From the NCBI GenBank assembly GCA_951406725.2, contig OX597821.1, positions 111,538,001 to 111,602,000 on the forward strand: a DNA stretch of 64,000 nucleotides, given 5' to 3'. Of the stretch, positions 40,586-53,405 are shown in pieces (positions within the stretch are counted from its first letter, which is position 1; each line of letters starts with the position of its first letter). The notes beneath the pieces are model-generated. The model was not told the DNA's origin. It worked only from the letters and a program-made list of their open reading frames with translations, and ran no database searches. The translations under genes were made by a program, and so were the position numbers. The stretch comes from Octopus vulgaris (Eukaryota).

Positions 40586-40623
40586 TCTTTCTGTGGAAGA
40601 GCGTAGGCTCGAAACGTAAAAGA
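40586..40623 (+). ncRNA. Minimal hammerhead-like fold with variant core, in family E copy 40526-40710
   Basis: TCTTT-CTGTGGA-A-GAGC-gtag-GCTC-GAA-ACGT-A-AAAGA. Confidence 0.6.
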
Positions 40624-40794
40624 CTTTCTTACTTCCCGGGCGTTAAACTAATACAGCTGTTTGTTGTTTACACACCCGTCTTCGTCTTTTGCTTTTCTGC
40701 AAATTCTCACTATATATAGATATTGATAAAAATGGTAAGACAACAAAAGAAAGAAAGAGACCTCGATATTATGTAAATATCGATATTATGTAAA

Positions 40795-41025
40795 GGCGGC
40801 GAGCTGGCAGAAACGTTAACAAGCCGGGCGAAATGCGTAACCGTATTTCGTCTGTCGTTGCGTTCCGAGTTCAAATTCCGCCGAGGTAGACTTTGCCTTT
40901 CATCCTTTCGGGGTCGATAAATTAAGTACCAGTTACGCACTGGGGTCGATGTAATTGACTTAATCCGTGTGTCTGTCCTTGTTTGTCCCCTCTATGTTTA
41001 GCCCCTTGTGGGTAGTAAAGAAATA
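40795..41025 (+). mobile_element. Full-length SINE A with TSD
   Basis: TSD GATATTATGTAAA at 40782-40794 and 41026-41038. Confidence 0.92.
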
Positions 41026-41063
41026 GATATTATGTAAATAGAGGATCTGTAAATTATTCGGTA

Positions 41064-41107
<44 letters not shown>

Positions 41108-41970
41108 ACGGACTTCTTCCAGTTTTCGTCTACGAAATCCACTCATAAGTCTTTTATTGGTTCGGGGCCGTAGTAGAAGACACTTGCCCAAGGTACCATG
41201 CTGTGAGAGTGAACCCGGAACCATGTGGTTGGGAAGCAAGCTTCTTACCACACAGCTACTCCTGCCCCATATATACATATACTTCATTTTTACTGTCTGT
41301 AGACTACGGTCGTGTTGGGCACCGCCTTGAAGAATTATTTCTGGGCAAATTCATCAACCGCAGTACTTTTTTAAGCCTCGTAGTGTAACAATTTAAAAAG
41401 GATAATAACAAAATCAATAAGATAGGCGATTGCAGGCCCCAAAAAGCATTATGTAGCCGAAGGATTAAAATTAATTAAAACACTAGATAATAATAGAGTC
41501 AATTGTATCTCCGCAAATTATTTTCTCGTGAATTATTTGCTCCGTATTGAAATTATTTTCACACTGGTGGCTGCAATGATTTGGCGCAAAACGAGTCATG
41601 ACGGTTGAGGTTCTCCATTATGGTAACGCGTGCTGAGGGATGTGAGGCAATCATACCAGTCCAGAAACCGGTCCACGTGAGTCTAAATACTTGAATGTAT
41701 GCCGAGAGATTGTCTTAGCCTGTTTGCCTTCGGACGGTTGATTTCTGTAATTATTATCAGTGTATTTTGGCGATTTAAATAAGAGTTTTGACTGTTATTT
41801 CCAGCAGGTACACATACTTATTATGCCCTTCGATTAATTTTAATCCTTCAGCTATTTAACATATGCTAAACATTGTCTGTCCTCTCCCTGCTGGTTAGTT
41901 GACTGCGGCTAACGATGGTTCAATTTAGCAGGAATGAACAAAGAATTTATATGAACAAGGGTAACGGATA

Positions 41971-42354
41971 TGGAAGCACTCCGTCGGTTACGACGATGAG
42001 GGTTCCGGTTGATCCGAATCAACGGAACAGCCTGCTCGTGAAATTAACGTGTAAGTGGCTGAGCACTCCACAGACACGTGCACCCTTAACGTAGTTCTCG
42101 GGGATATTCAGCGTGACACAGAGAGTGACAAGGCCGGCCCTTTGAAATACAGGTACAACAGAAACAGGAAGTAAGAGTGAGAGAAAGTTGTGGTGAAAGA
42201 GTACAGCAGGGATCCACCACCATCCCCTGCCGGAGCCTCGTGGAGCCTTTAGGTGTTTTCGCTCAATAAACACTCACAACGCCCGGTCTGGGAATCGAAA
42301 CCGCGATCCTATGACCGCGAGTCCGCTGCCCTAACCACTGGGCCATTGCGCCTC
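41971..42354 (-). mobile_element. Full-length SINE C
   Basis: GAGGCGCAATGGCCCAGTGGTTAGGGCAGCGGACTCGCGG tRNA-like head with GGTTTCGATTCC B box. Confidence 0.9.
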
Positions 42355-43024
42355 TATGTAACACATATGCAAAGAATAAGGTTTCTCTTAATCCGGTCTG
42401 TTGGAATGTGAGAACCATTTTAGGTTAAGCAGATAGGCCTGAAAGAACAGCTCTCCTTTTTGTTCTGAAACAAGATGTTCAAGATGTTCAAGATGAAGAT
42501 CATCTTGTCGAAAGAGCGGCAAGTTTCACATTATTCTGGGCTGAGAAGCCGAAGGGAGAGAAAAGGGAAGTTGGAGTTGGGTTTGCAATTAGGAGTGATT
42601 TGCTAAAAGACCTGGAACAACGACACATAGCATAAAACAGATGCATAATGAAACTCTGCATTCCTCTTTCTTGTGGTCGTTTTGTCGCCGTCGTCATCAT
42701 CATCATCATAATAATCACCATCATCATCATCACCATCACCCTCGTAGTCGTCGACATCGTCGCCGTCGTCATAATTATTATCATCATCATAATCACCATC
42801 ATCATCACCATCACCCTCGTAGTGGTCGCAGTCATCATCACCACCACCACCACCACCATCATCATCATTATCATCATCATCATCATCACCATCATCATCA
42901 TCATCGTCATCGTCGTCGTCGTTGTCCTTTTCTTCTTTTCCCGTCCTTGTTCTCTTTCCATTGTTCCTCTATCACCACAACTCCTACCAACCCACCACCA
43001 CCACCACCACTACAACTACTACTA

Positions 43025-43067
<43 letters not shown>

Positions 43068-43076
43068 AACCACTGG

Positions 43077-43128
<52 letters not shown>

Positions 43129-43639
43129 AATGATGATGATGATGGTGATGATGATGATGATATTGATGTTGATGATGATGACGACAACGATGATAGTTGT
43201 GGTGGTGATGATGATGATGATTATGCCGATGATGATGATGATGATGATGATGCATTCTGCGTCTGTTTCGACGGAGAATATTCAGTCTTTCGACCAAGTA
43301 TATCACTCACTCGTTAAATTAGCATAGCTGGGCCTTTCAATTACAGTTACAATCTATTGCACATGTTTCACACAGTTTCCGTTCCTCTCCGCTTCCAGTT
43401 TCACTCAAAAGACTTGGGATAGTCTTGACCCAACGCTATGATAAATGACGCTCCGCAATCGCGAGGTTTGAACCCGGGACCTCATGACTGCAAAGCTAAT
43501 TACTTAACTGCACAAGAATGGAATAAAGAGAACGGCATAAGACAAGGGTGAATGAATGGGCGTCTATTGGAGAGCATTGGGGTCAAATGACGTGAGTATA
43601 GCGTGGAATGAATAAGGCTGGGAGGCACTGTGTGGAGTA

Positions 43640-43900
43640 ATATGGATAGATGTAGCGTGTGAGTAAAGGTGGAGTGTGAGTGGAAGTAGAGTGAGACTGA
43701 AAATGAAAGGGGAGTGTGAGTGAATGTGGGTGTCGGTGGAAGTGGTGTGTGAGCGTAAGTGGAGTGTCAGTGGAAGTCGACTGAAAGTGAAAGAGAAAGT
43801 GGAGTGTGAGCGGAAGTAGAGTGTAGAGTAAAAGTGGGGTTTGAGTGGAAGGGAAGTGTCGGGGTGGGGGATGTGAGGGATTTAAGTGGAATCGAAAATA
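43640..43900. repeat. Degenerate ~17-bp G-rich minisatellite
   Basis: AAGTGGAGTGTGAGTGG-like units. Confidence 0.7.
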
Positions 43901-44159
43901 AAGCTGAAAGTGAGGCGGGGATTAAGTGTGTAAACTGCAAGGGCGAACATGGCTGGATTGCAAAGAGGGAGAGAGGGAAAGGTAGAGAGATATAGAAAGG
44001 GGGAGAGATAGAGGAGAGAGGAGAGAAAGAAAGCGAGAGAAGAAGTGAAATTAGAGAGAGAGAGAGAGAGAGAGTGGGGAGAGTTTGTTTGAATGTTGAA
44101 TGAATGCGCGTGAATGGAAGTTAGAACATGTAGCGTACATATATTGCATGCATGTATAT

Positions 44160-44268
<109 letters not shown>

Positions 44269-44299
44269 GTGTATATATGTATGTATATATATATATGTG

Positions 44300-44349
<50 letters not shown>

Positions 44350-44353
44350 TATG

Positions 44354-44394
<41 letters not shown>

Positions 44395-44398
<4 letters not shown>

Positions 44399-44607
44399 AT
44401 AATAAATATTAGGGAATGAATCCAAAATTACAGGGAAAAATCAGATTTAGGGTTAAATCCAATTTTATAGTAAAATATTATATAATATAATTCGAGACAA
44501 AACCACTATTTTAAAATCAAACAAGGTTTATTTAATTTATATTAAAATTTTATGTATTGATTAAGTCTTTCCTTGTTTGATTTTAAAATAGTGGTTTTGT
44601 CTCGAAT

Positions 44608-44617
<10 letters not shown>
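44395..44617. mobile_element. (TA)-flanked tail-plus-hairpin insert
   Basis: Perfect ~47-bp arms 44480-44526 and 44571-44617 with an ~85-bp one-sided tail. Confidence 0.7.
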
Positions 44618-44676
<59 letters not shown>

Positions 44677-44678
<2 letters not shown>

Positions 44679-45700
44679 AGGCCATTGAGAATGAAATGTC
44701 CGATTTTGAACTGAAACTTTATTTTACTTTATCTCAACAAAAAGCAATGTAGTTAAAGTATGCACCTAAACTATCAACACAATTTTGCCATTTTATCGGT
44801 ACCTTATTTATGCCGAGAGCGAAGAATTCTGAAGAGCAAGAGTTGATAAAATCACGAAAGGTTGTTTTTGCATCTTCTTCAGATTTGAAGTTTTCCCTTG
44901 CAAAGAATTATCTAATGCCCGGCAAACATGATGGTCAGTTGGTGTAAGGTCTGGTGAATATGGTGGATAACAGTGTATTTCCAAAGTTCAGTTCCTGTAA
45001 CTTGAGTAGCGTTCTTTGTGCAACATGTGGTTGAGCGTTGTCTTGCAAGAGAACTGGCCTGTCTCTGTTGACCAATCTCAGTTGTTTAATTGCATGTTCA
45101 CTCATCATTTTATCCAGTTGGTTGATGTTTACATCCGTTGTAATTGACTTACCAGGTCTCATGGAGCTGTAGTGGATGGCACCAGCGATGGACTACCAAA
45201 CAGACATTATTAGCCTTTTTTGGTGAATATTCTCTTTTGGATTATGTTTTGGTACTTCGTCTCCATCCAACCACCGTGCGAGAACGCTTGCTATTGTTGC
45301 AAAGAATCCATTTTTCCTCACACCTAACAACACGAGGAAAAAATGGTTCGCTTTTATCCCGTGACAGCGAAGAACAACAAGTATCGAGACGACGTGTCAC
45401 TTGATGCTCGTTCAGTTCGTATGGTAACCACTTGTCCAGCTTCTTTACCTTGCCGATTTGTTTCAGATAGTCCAATATAGTTGGAATCGAAACCTCAATC
45501 CTTGCTGCTAACTCACGCGTGGTTTGAGATGTATCCGCTTCTACTACAGCTTCCAGCTCATCAATATCCACCTTGATCTCAGGTTTAGTACGGGTTTCAT
45601 TTTCATGAGTAAAGTCACCAGATCGGAACTTCTCAAACCATCGCCGTACAGTGTGCTCATTCGCCTCATCTTCACCAAACACCTCATTGACGTTTCGAAT
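44677..45700 (-). mobile_element. Decayed mariner transposon
   Basis: TVRRWFEKFRSGD, KKLDKWLPYEL (WVPHEL-like), CEEKWI, LLQDNAQPHVA; frameshifted. Confidence 0.9.
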
Positions 45701-45854
45701 TTTTTTTTATCTATCAAAGAGTTCACAAAATTTGATTTACAAGAGAAAACTCACAATATAATCAGACACCATGAATTGCATTTCGAAAAGTGATTATGTC
45801 AGGATAAAACAGAGTTAAAGACTGTCAAAGAATGACCCGATATATATGTATGTA

Positions 45855-45960
<106 letters not shown>

Positions 45961-46021
45961 ATGTATGTATGTATGTATGTATGTATGTATGTATGTATGT
46001 ATGTATGTATGTATGTTTGTA

Positions 46022-46198
46022 TGTATTGTCGTTCAATGCTCGAAATGAAGAGAAGATAGACAGCCGATAACTGATGAAGGGTCGTTCTTTATGTTACTTG
46101 TCCTATTTTCCATTTGTTTCTCTTGTTGTTTGCGTATAGAACTAATTTGTTTTCGTATTTCATGTTGTCTACTGTTGGTGACGTCCTGTACCCATACA

Positions 46199-46203
<5 letters not shown>
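46022..46203 (+). mobile_element. Family D 3' fragment
   Basis: GCTCGAAATG...AACTGATGAAGGG...CCTGTACCCATACATGCAT, homologous to 31740-31940. Confidence 0.65.
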
Positions 46204-46252
<49 letters not shown>

Positions 46253-46258
<6 letters not shown>

Positions 46259-46333
46259 TCGAAATTAAGTTTTAGGAAAGCATAAGAATTAGATAATTAT
46301 GTCTTACCCAACTTCTTTTCTCATCAGCGTAGG
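46253..46333 (-). ncRNA. 5' part of a canonical type I hammerhead (3' part at 46744-46775, + strand)
   Basis: CCTACG-CTGATGA-GAAA...TTTC-GAAACATA on minus; GAAAC-ATAC-GT-C-CGTAGG on plus. Confidence 0.8.
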
Positions 46334-47068
46334 ACACTACAATTATGAATAATAGTATATTAAATTTCGAGGTACTAGAAGACATCATCTCAACTCAGTA
46401 TCAGAGGGAGCTAAAGCCGTTACCAGTATCACCAAATTCAAAGTGTGAATGAAAGTTTGTGTCACCAACCCCCTCCCACCAGCGTGCAGCCAAGACAAGA
46501 TGTTGTGGTCATTTACTGGGATGAAAAATGGTTATCAGTAATAATATAGGGTGAAATTAATTAATTTGGAATAATCATTAATTTCACCAAGTAGATTTCG
46601 GCATGTAAAAGCCTCATTCGAGGAAAGTTTAAGTAATACTAAGTAATTAAGGGTTTAGCAACGATTTGCCTCACCACACACCGAGTTTAGAAATAGCAGT
46701 CAAAGAGTTATAGCTATTCTTTCTACTAAAAGGGAGATCTCAGTAAAACTTAATTTCGAAACATACGTCCGTAGGTGACTTAAAATTGTATGATAGATTG
46801 CCGTCATTTCTTTCTCTCTTGCCTGTCTGTGTTTGCCTTTCAAGTGCTGTGGTTTTACTGAGATCTCCCTTTTAGTAGAAAGAATAGCTATAACTCTTTG
46901 ACTGCTATTTCTAAATTCGGTGTGTGGTGAGGCAAATCGTTGCTAAACCCTTAATTACTTAGTATTACTTAAACTTTCCTCGAATGAGGCTTTTACATGC
47001 CGAAATCTACTTGGTGAAATTAATGATTATTCCAAATTAATTAATTTCACCCTATATTATTACTGATA
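46253..47068. mobile_element. Young 5'-inverted hammerhead retroelement in (TA)n
   Basis: 217-bp inverted repeat 46533-46749 / 46852-47068 (1 mismatch); 22-bp inverted repeat 46253-46274 / 46744-46765. Confidence 0.8.
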
Positions 47069-47384
47069 TATATATATGTATATATATTGTTATGTATATC
47101 TATAATCAGTGCAAATAACGAGAAAATATAATGAAAGAAGAGAAGTTACAATGCTTTCTGAATGAGGAGAGATAAGCGTTTGTGATGAGAGATATATAAC
47201 GACTATTTTGGCAGAGTTGAAATGACGTAGGTATGTATATATACACATACAGGAAGTGAGCGAGGAACGAGACAGGTAATCTCGTTTACTTCCTGTTAAA
47301 AAGAGAAAAAGAAAATCGAACGGGGGAGAGTTCAGAATACAGCAACGGCATTGCATAGATACTACAAATTATCAGAGAGAGAGA

Positions 47385-47427
<43 letters not shown>

Positions 47428-47601
47428 GCATACGGATCGAACTGTTTACCACCTACCTTTGAACAATCGAGGACTGGACATGAAATTCTTTGGAGTATTA
47501 TTCTCCTGATTCTGTGATACAAATTTTCTGTTTTAAATTGATCTACATTAAAACCCTTACCTCATAATTTCACGTAAATTTGCGTTCCAAACAACTTAAT
47601 A

Positions 47602-48039
47602 ATCCTTTCTACTAAAGGTACAAGGCCTGAAATTTTGGGGATGGGGACTAGTCGATTACATCGACCCCAGTGTCTCAGTGGTACTCAGTTTATTGACCCC
47701 GAAAGGATGAAAGGTAAAGGTGACCTCGGCGGAATTTGAACTTAGAACGTGCAGATGGACGAAATCTCGCTAAGGATTTTCCCGGCGTGCTAACGATTCA
47801 TTTTTACTCTAGGCGCAAGACCCGAAATTTTGGGGGAAGGGCCACTCGACTAGACCGATCCCAGTATTCAACTGGTACTTAATTTATCGATCTCGAAAGG
47901 GTGAAAGGCAAAATCGACCTCGGCGGAATGTAAAGACAGACGAAATACCTATTTCTTTACTACCCACAAGGGGCTAAGCACAGAGGGGACAAACAAGGAC
48001 AGACAAACGGATTAAGTCGATTACATCGACCCCAGTGCG
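47602..48039 (-). mobile_element. Three tandem partial SINE A units
   Basis: Junctions near 47800 and at 47949. Confidence 0.85.
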
Positions 48040-48048
48040 ATATATATA

Positions 48049-48272
48049 TCACGTGATCACGTGACAGACCAGACCATCAGATGTTGTTACACATCGCTGG
48101 TCACAATGCGTTCGCATTGTTTTAGCCTTCAAATGACGCCACCCCGCTGCCTAAGCGAGCAGGCCAACAGAAGAAAGAGTGGGAGAAAGAGTGGTGAAAG
48201 AGTACAGCAGGGATCACCACCCCCCTGCCGGAGCCTCGTGGAGCTTTTAGGTGTTTTCGCTCAATAAACACT

Positions 48273-48275
<3 letters not shown>
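48049..48275 (-). mobile_element. 5'-truncated SINE C with an alternative tail
   Basis: 48175-48275 matches 42175-42278; 48049-48170 is different. Confidence 0.75.
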
Positions 48276-48344
<69 letters not shown>

Positions 48345-51016
48345 CAAAAGGATTAAAGTTGTCGAAATTCAAATCGAAGTTTCGTATTAATCTACATTCC
48401 AAATACCAACGTAATAATGTCGAAATTATTCTAAAAATTAATTGAAAGAAGAAATGCTGTCTATTTGAATAGAAATATGGCAACAAAAGAGTTGATGCTG
48501 ACGACGACGATGATGTTGGTAATAATTTCTTTAATAGCTATAATGCCCTAAAACCGTTGGGAACATTGCAGAAAATGATACATAGCGCTAGGGGTTTACA
48601 TAAAAAGGACTTTTTGTTTTTATAAAAAAAGAAAATAATAACAAATAATAATAAAAGAACAAGAAAGAAAATTTCGTCAAGAGATGCAACAGGAGTTAAT
48701 GACAGAAACTTCGTTTATCTAGAATCCCACTGATTTCCGAGTGGAGAGGGTCCTCTCTTCGTTGTTGTTATCCAGCCAACAGGCGTATGTTGAGGACTGG
48801 CTCATCTACACGAATCCTACTCGTCATCTCACTCGTCTTTTTATAAATTTACTGTTGGGATGGATGTGTAGATTACCGCTCTGTCCGTCTGATTCTCCCT
48901 CATCTTCTTCTTTAAACAGAACTTAAACAATCTGAAATAACAACGGACATAGCTACTCTTCTGTTCCAAATTAATATCCATTAATACCGACTGAATAACA
49001 ATGAAGGAAACAGAAATCATCAGACGTAAATGTTGTCTAAGTAATGTGTTTAAATCTAAGAAATGTGTTATTTTAATTTTATTATACTTTGTCCTCACAC
49101 ACACATCATTATTCACCGACTGGACACCATATGTAAATACAGTGTTAGCGTTTAAATAAAATTAAGACCAGACGAATTCAGTTTAATGCAAACTATTAAA
49201 AACATTAAAATTAAGACCGAACACAGTTTAATAAACATTACAAATTTGAGCCAAGGGTGAAATAGGAAATTTCCATCGAATTTGATGCAAAAGAAACGGG
49301 GGAAACGGATGGAGTATGCAAAAATTCTACATCATCGGATGCGAATAAATCTTTACCCGATATAAAAAGAAAAATGGAGGAGAATCCATATAAAGGGAGA
49401 TTACTCTTCAAGTCCTGCAAACAGAAAATGCATAAAAGAGTTCCAAAGGAAAACGTCTTCTTTTTATCTGTATATTTTACAACAATGCTCCGCCCTAAAA
49501 GTAAAAAAAATAAATAAACAAGTAAATAAGCAAGACTATTATAACAACATACGGGTATAATATCCGGAGAGAAAATTGCTCTGTTGTGGGAGTAACTTTT
49601 GATCCCGAGAAAGTAATTAACTTAAGAAGATAAATATTTAAAGGCCAGGATATATCGGGTGTATATAACAATTTGAAGAAAGGATACACAAAACACAAAA
49701 AATGAAATACAAACAACGAAGGAGAAAGGGAAAAGCAGTAAAAAATATAAATAACCGAAATAAAAACATTAAGACTGTAAACGTTATAACACTATAAATC
49801 TTGAAGATATTTCAGCAAAAGAAATTAATAGAAAAACACACAAAATGAAACCTTAGTAATATCTACAGAATATCAACAAATAAAAGACGTAACGGATTTG
49901 CAGCAAGGAAAATATGAACCCAGGTGAATTTAAGTCTAAAAAGTTCTAACACTGGAAATTTTGAATATGACAATAATGTAAATGCAGAACGAAGTAATAA
50001 AATATACAATAATACTATAAATCGATAAGAAAAAAAAAAACGAATTTTATATGCACAAATGAAAGACAGAACTAAGCGATAAAATAGTAACATCAAAGAC
50101 AAAGCTTAACGATAAAATAGCAACAATCAAAGACACAACTTTACGATAAAATAGTAATGTGAATAAAAAAGAAACCGGAAAAAGAGAAAAAAAAAGCTGC
50201 AAGCGTGGCTATCGTAGACATTCTGGCAACAGACGTGAGCATCAATTTGACCAGGATAAATCAGTTAATCTATGAAACAACCATAGCAGTCACGAAGGAA
50301 AGTGCGTACTTCCGTAAACCTTCTCATACAGAATTATCTAAACCCGAATACGTATTGTGCAAAACAAACATGCGCTGATAGATAGAAAATATCTCCCATC
50401 TTTAATGAGATCGTCAGCAGTAATATGCAAATGAGGATGTATGTGTGTGTATGTGTGCGTGTGTGGAGAAAGAAGGAAAGAGAGAGAGAGAGGGGGGAGA
50501 GAGAGAGGAGAGAGGGGGCGAAGGAGAAACGGTAGAAAAAAAGACCATTTTCTTGAACAAGTAATCCTCTCTGCCACAAGATCGTAAAGAATCTATCTTT
50601 ACGAAAGCGAAACCGTTTCTTTGAACAGCATCAACATTTTGTCTCCACGCAAAACGATTTTTTTTTTTACCAGGCACTAGAAAAAAAAAGTCCGCAAACT
50701 AGAAATGGACATTAAAAACAGTTAGATGATCGGCAGGGTGGTATGTTCAGTACTAGGATTGTCACGAACTGGAATTTTTAACACACGAGCAATGGAAAAA
50801 CATTCGTAGGAAGGTATAGAAAAGCAAAATGTAACCATGCTAGCATAAAACACACAGAATTACAAAGCAGTCAAAATGCAAAGGATGGCTGTGTGGTTAA
50901 GAAATTTAGTTTACTTTACAAACAAGTGGTTTCAGGCTCGATTTCACCTGGGTAATCATAGGCTCGGGAGTAAAATTTCATTGATGGAAACTGAAATGAA
51001 GCCCGGGACTGGAGTA

Positions 51017-51093
<77 letters not shown>

Positions 51094-51516
51094 TGTGTGT
51101 GTGTGTGTGTGTGTAAGATACCGTACGAGTGGAAATATATATGAAAGAAGGTTTGAAAATGCAATTTTAAAGATGTTTATTCACTTGACCGGTTTCACTT
51201 TTTTAGAAAAAGATTGCCAAAACTAAAATGTAAAGCTTTGTATAAGCTTTGTTGTGTTAAGTACTGGTTGTCACAAAAGCATTAAAATACAGTTATACAT
51301 TCTTTGATAATAATAAGAAAATGTTAAAAACAGTTTACAAGAAAGTATTTAAGAAAGAATTCAACAAAAAGTATTAGGAGTTCAATAAAAATCATGTTTG
51401 TTTGGTAGTATATATATATATATATATATACACATAGAAGGAGATATATTTAAGAATTTACAAAAAATTGGAGAGGAACCTACCTGTCTTCTTGGCATTT
51501 TTTCTGTCTATATATA

Positions 51517-51730
51517 TCCCTCGACTATCGCGATTGTTACGTCCCAAAACACTCCGCAATAGGTGAAAATCCGCGAAATAGAAACAGTTCTGTACTGTAT
51601 ATCTTTTTAATTATTTTTATAATTTATATCTATTTATTTTATTATAAATGAAAACAACACCACAGAGGAATCGACATAAGCTTAAATAAAAACCGCGATA
51701 GGTGAACCGGGATATATCCAGGGATTACTG
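51517..51730. mobile_element. Tigger/pogo-like MITE
   Basis: ATCCCTCGACTATCGCG ... AGGGATTACTG-TA ends; CGCRATAGGTGAA subterminal motif twice. Confidence 0.6.
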
Positions 51731-51739
51731 TATATATAC

Positions 51740-52790
51740 ACAGACATGTCAAGTAAACAGGTAGCCTGGTAATCATTAAAACTTATTTAAATCTGAAATT
51801 ATACATTCGAATTATTTATTAATTGTTATAATGTAAATATTTAGACATGTTACTAATCAGATGATGAATATTCTCTTGCGAAATTTCTTGCCAAGTTTCA
51901 TGCAGTAATCTCAAAAGATCTGGCTTTGAAGATGCTTTCTTATCATTATTATGAAGTGCCTGTCCATTATGTCCCAGAGGTGTCCAAGAGGGTTCATATC
52001 TGGTGATTGGCTTGGCCATGGAAGATGTTTGATGCCATTCTCATCCAACAACTGTTGGATCATTTTAGCTGTGTGACACGGAGCCCCATTTTCCATAAAT
52101 AAATAATCTTTTTTAATCATTTCACCACCGGAGAAGATTGGAAGGAGTCCTTTCTGCAATATGGACACATATTCATCTCACACTCCACCAGCTCTGATCA
52201 ACCTTTGCTTCAAATTGCTTCCCAGACCATCACAGAATAGCTGCCGTGTTTCTTGTTGGCTGCAATCTTTTTCCATCAAATTCTTGATCACAAAGTCTCC
52301 AGACCCACACTCGACCACTGTCAGGAAATACAGCAAATCTGGACTCATTAGAGAATATGAGTGTCCCAAAATGCTAGTGGCCTCTCCACCATCTTACCGG
52401 CCCAATCTTTTCTCTGCTTGATGTTGGCTGGTCGAAGTTTGTGGAGATACTCGACAGCTGTTCTGGGACTGACATCAACTTGTTCTGCTATGCCAGATAC
52501 CTTGCAACGAGGATTATCTTCCACACTTCTCTCAGTAAAGAGAAGGGTTCTGTCAGAGGGCCCTGGTTGACCTGGACGAGGTGATGTGGACTCCTTCCCC
52601 TCGCTGGTGCATTGCACAACCACTCTATTAACTGTAGAAAGCGGGATCCCAAGGTTTTCTGCGATTTAACGCTGACTATGGCCACCTTCAGAATGACCCA
52701 CAATACAGCCTCTTTGAAATTCAGACAGTTCCAAAGCTTCTTTTGTACATGGCATGATTAAGCAGTCACATACAGAACCTGAAACATAAA
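51740..52790 (-). mobile_element. Decayed Tc1-like transposon
   Basis: SPRPGQP, FMENGAPCHTAK, LPWPSQSPDMNPLGHLW; frameshifts. Confidence 0.88.
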
Positions 52791-52902
52791 AATGTCAATT
52801 AATAATAAAATATATACTTTTGCAAGTAATAATAAGCATAAAACGATGTATTATGGGATGTCTATTTACTTGTGTATATATAATTATATATATGTGTGTG
52901 TG

Positions 52903-52978
<76 letters not shown>

Positions 52979-53329
52979 CGGGTGTATTGATAAAAAAATG
53001 AGAAGGCAACGCATTTTGCTTTACTTGAAAAACATTAAATTTAGATAAAAACTTATATCAAAATATCTAAATTAAATGTTTTATTCTATCATTACTTTTT
53101 GGTTTCAATCTGTTTCCTTCCGCTCAATGACAAACCACTTCTAGCCACCCTCGATGCATTTTCCCACCATATTTTTCAGTTGCGGTTGAAGCCGGAATTT
53201 TAGTAGCAAACTAAGCTGAGCATCTATAGAACATACCTATTACATAACGCCAGTTCAAGAAAACTCCTTACACTCTCTCTCCTCTCACCCCCTCTCTCTC
53301 TATGCATATATGTGTGTATATGTGTGTGC

Positions 53330-53405
<76 letters not shown>

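Larger units (their letters stand above)
40241..41268 (-). mobile_element. SINE B split at its internal microsatellite by nested insertions
   Basis: 3' half at 40241-40442 and 5' half at 41106-41268, both minus and collinear. Confidence 0.75.

Noticed and set aside
42280-42354. tRNA gene
   Set aside because: It is the tRNA-derived head of a multi-copy SINE and continues into the SINE body.
43640-43900. Interstitial telomere
   Set aside because: The units are not TTAGGG.
49850-50330. Possible N-terminal remnant of an R4-like element (LTRINQLIYETTIAVT)
   Set aside because: Only a short resemblance in A-rich degenerate sequence.
51184-51197. Hammerhead 3' half GAAACCGGTC on minus (similar GAAACGTC near 25150)
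   Set aside because: No matching 5' core found nearby, so it is too short to call.
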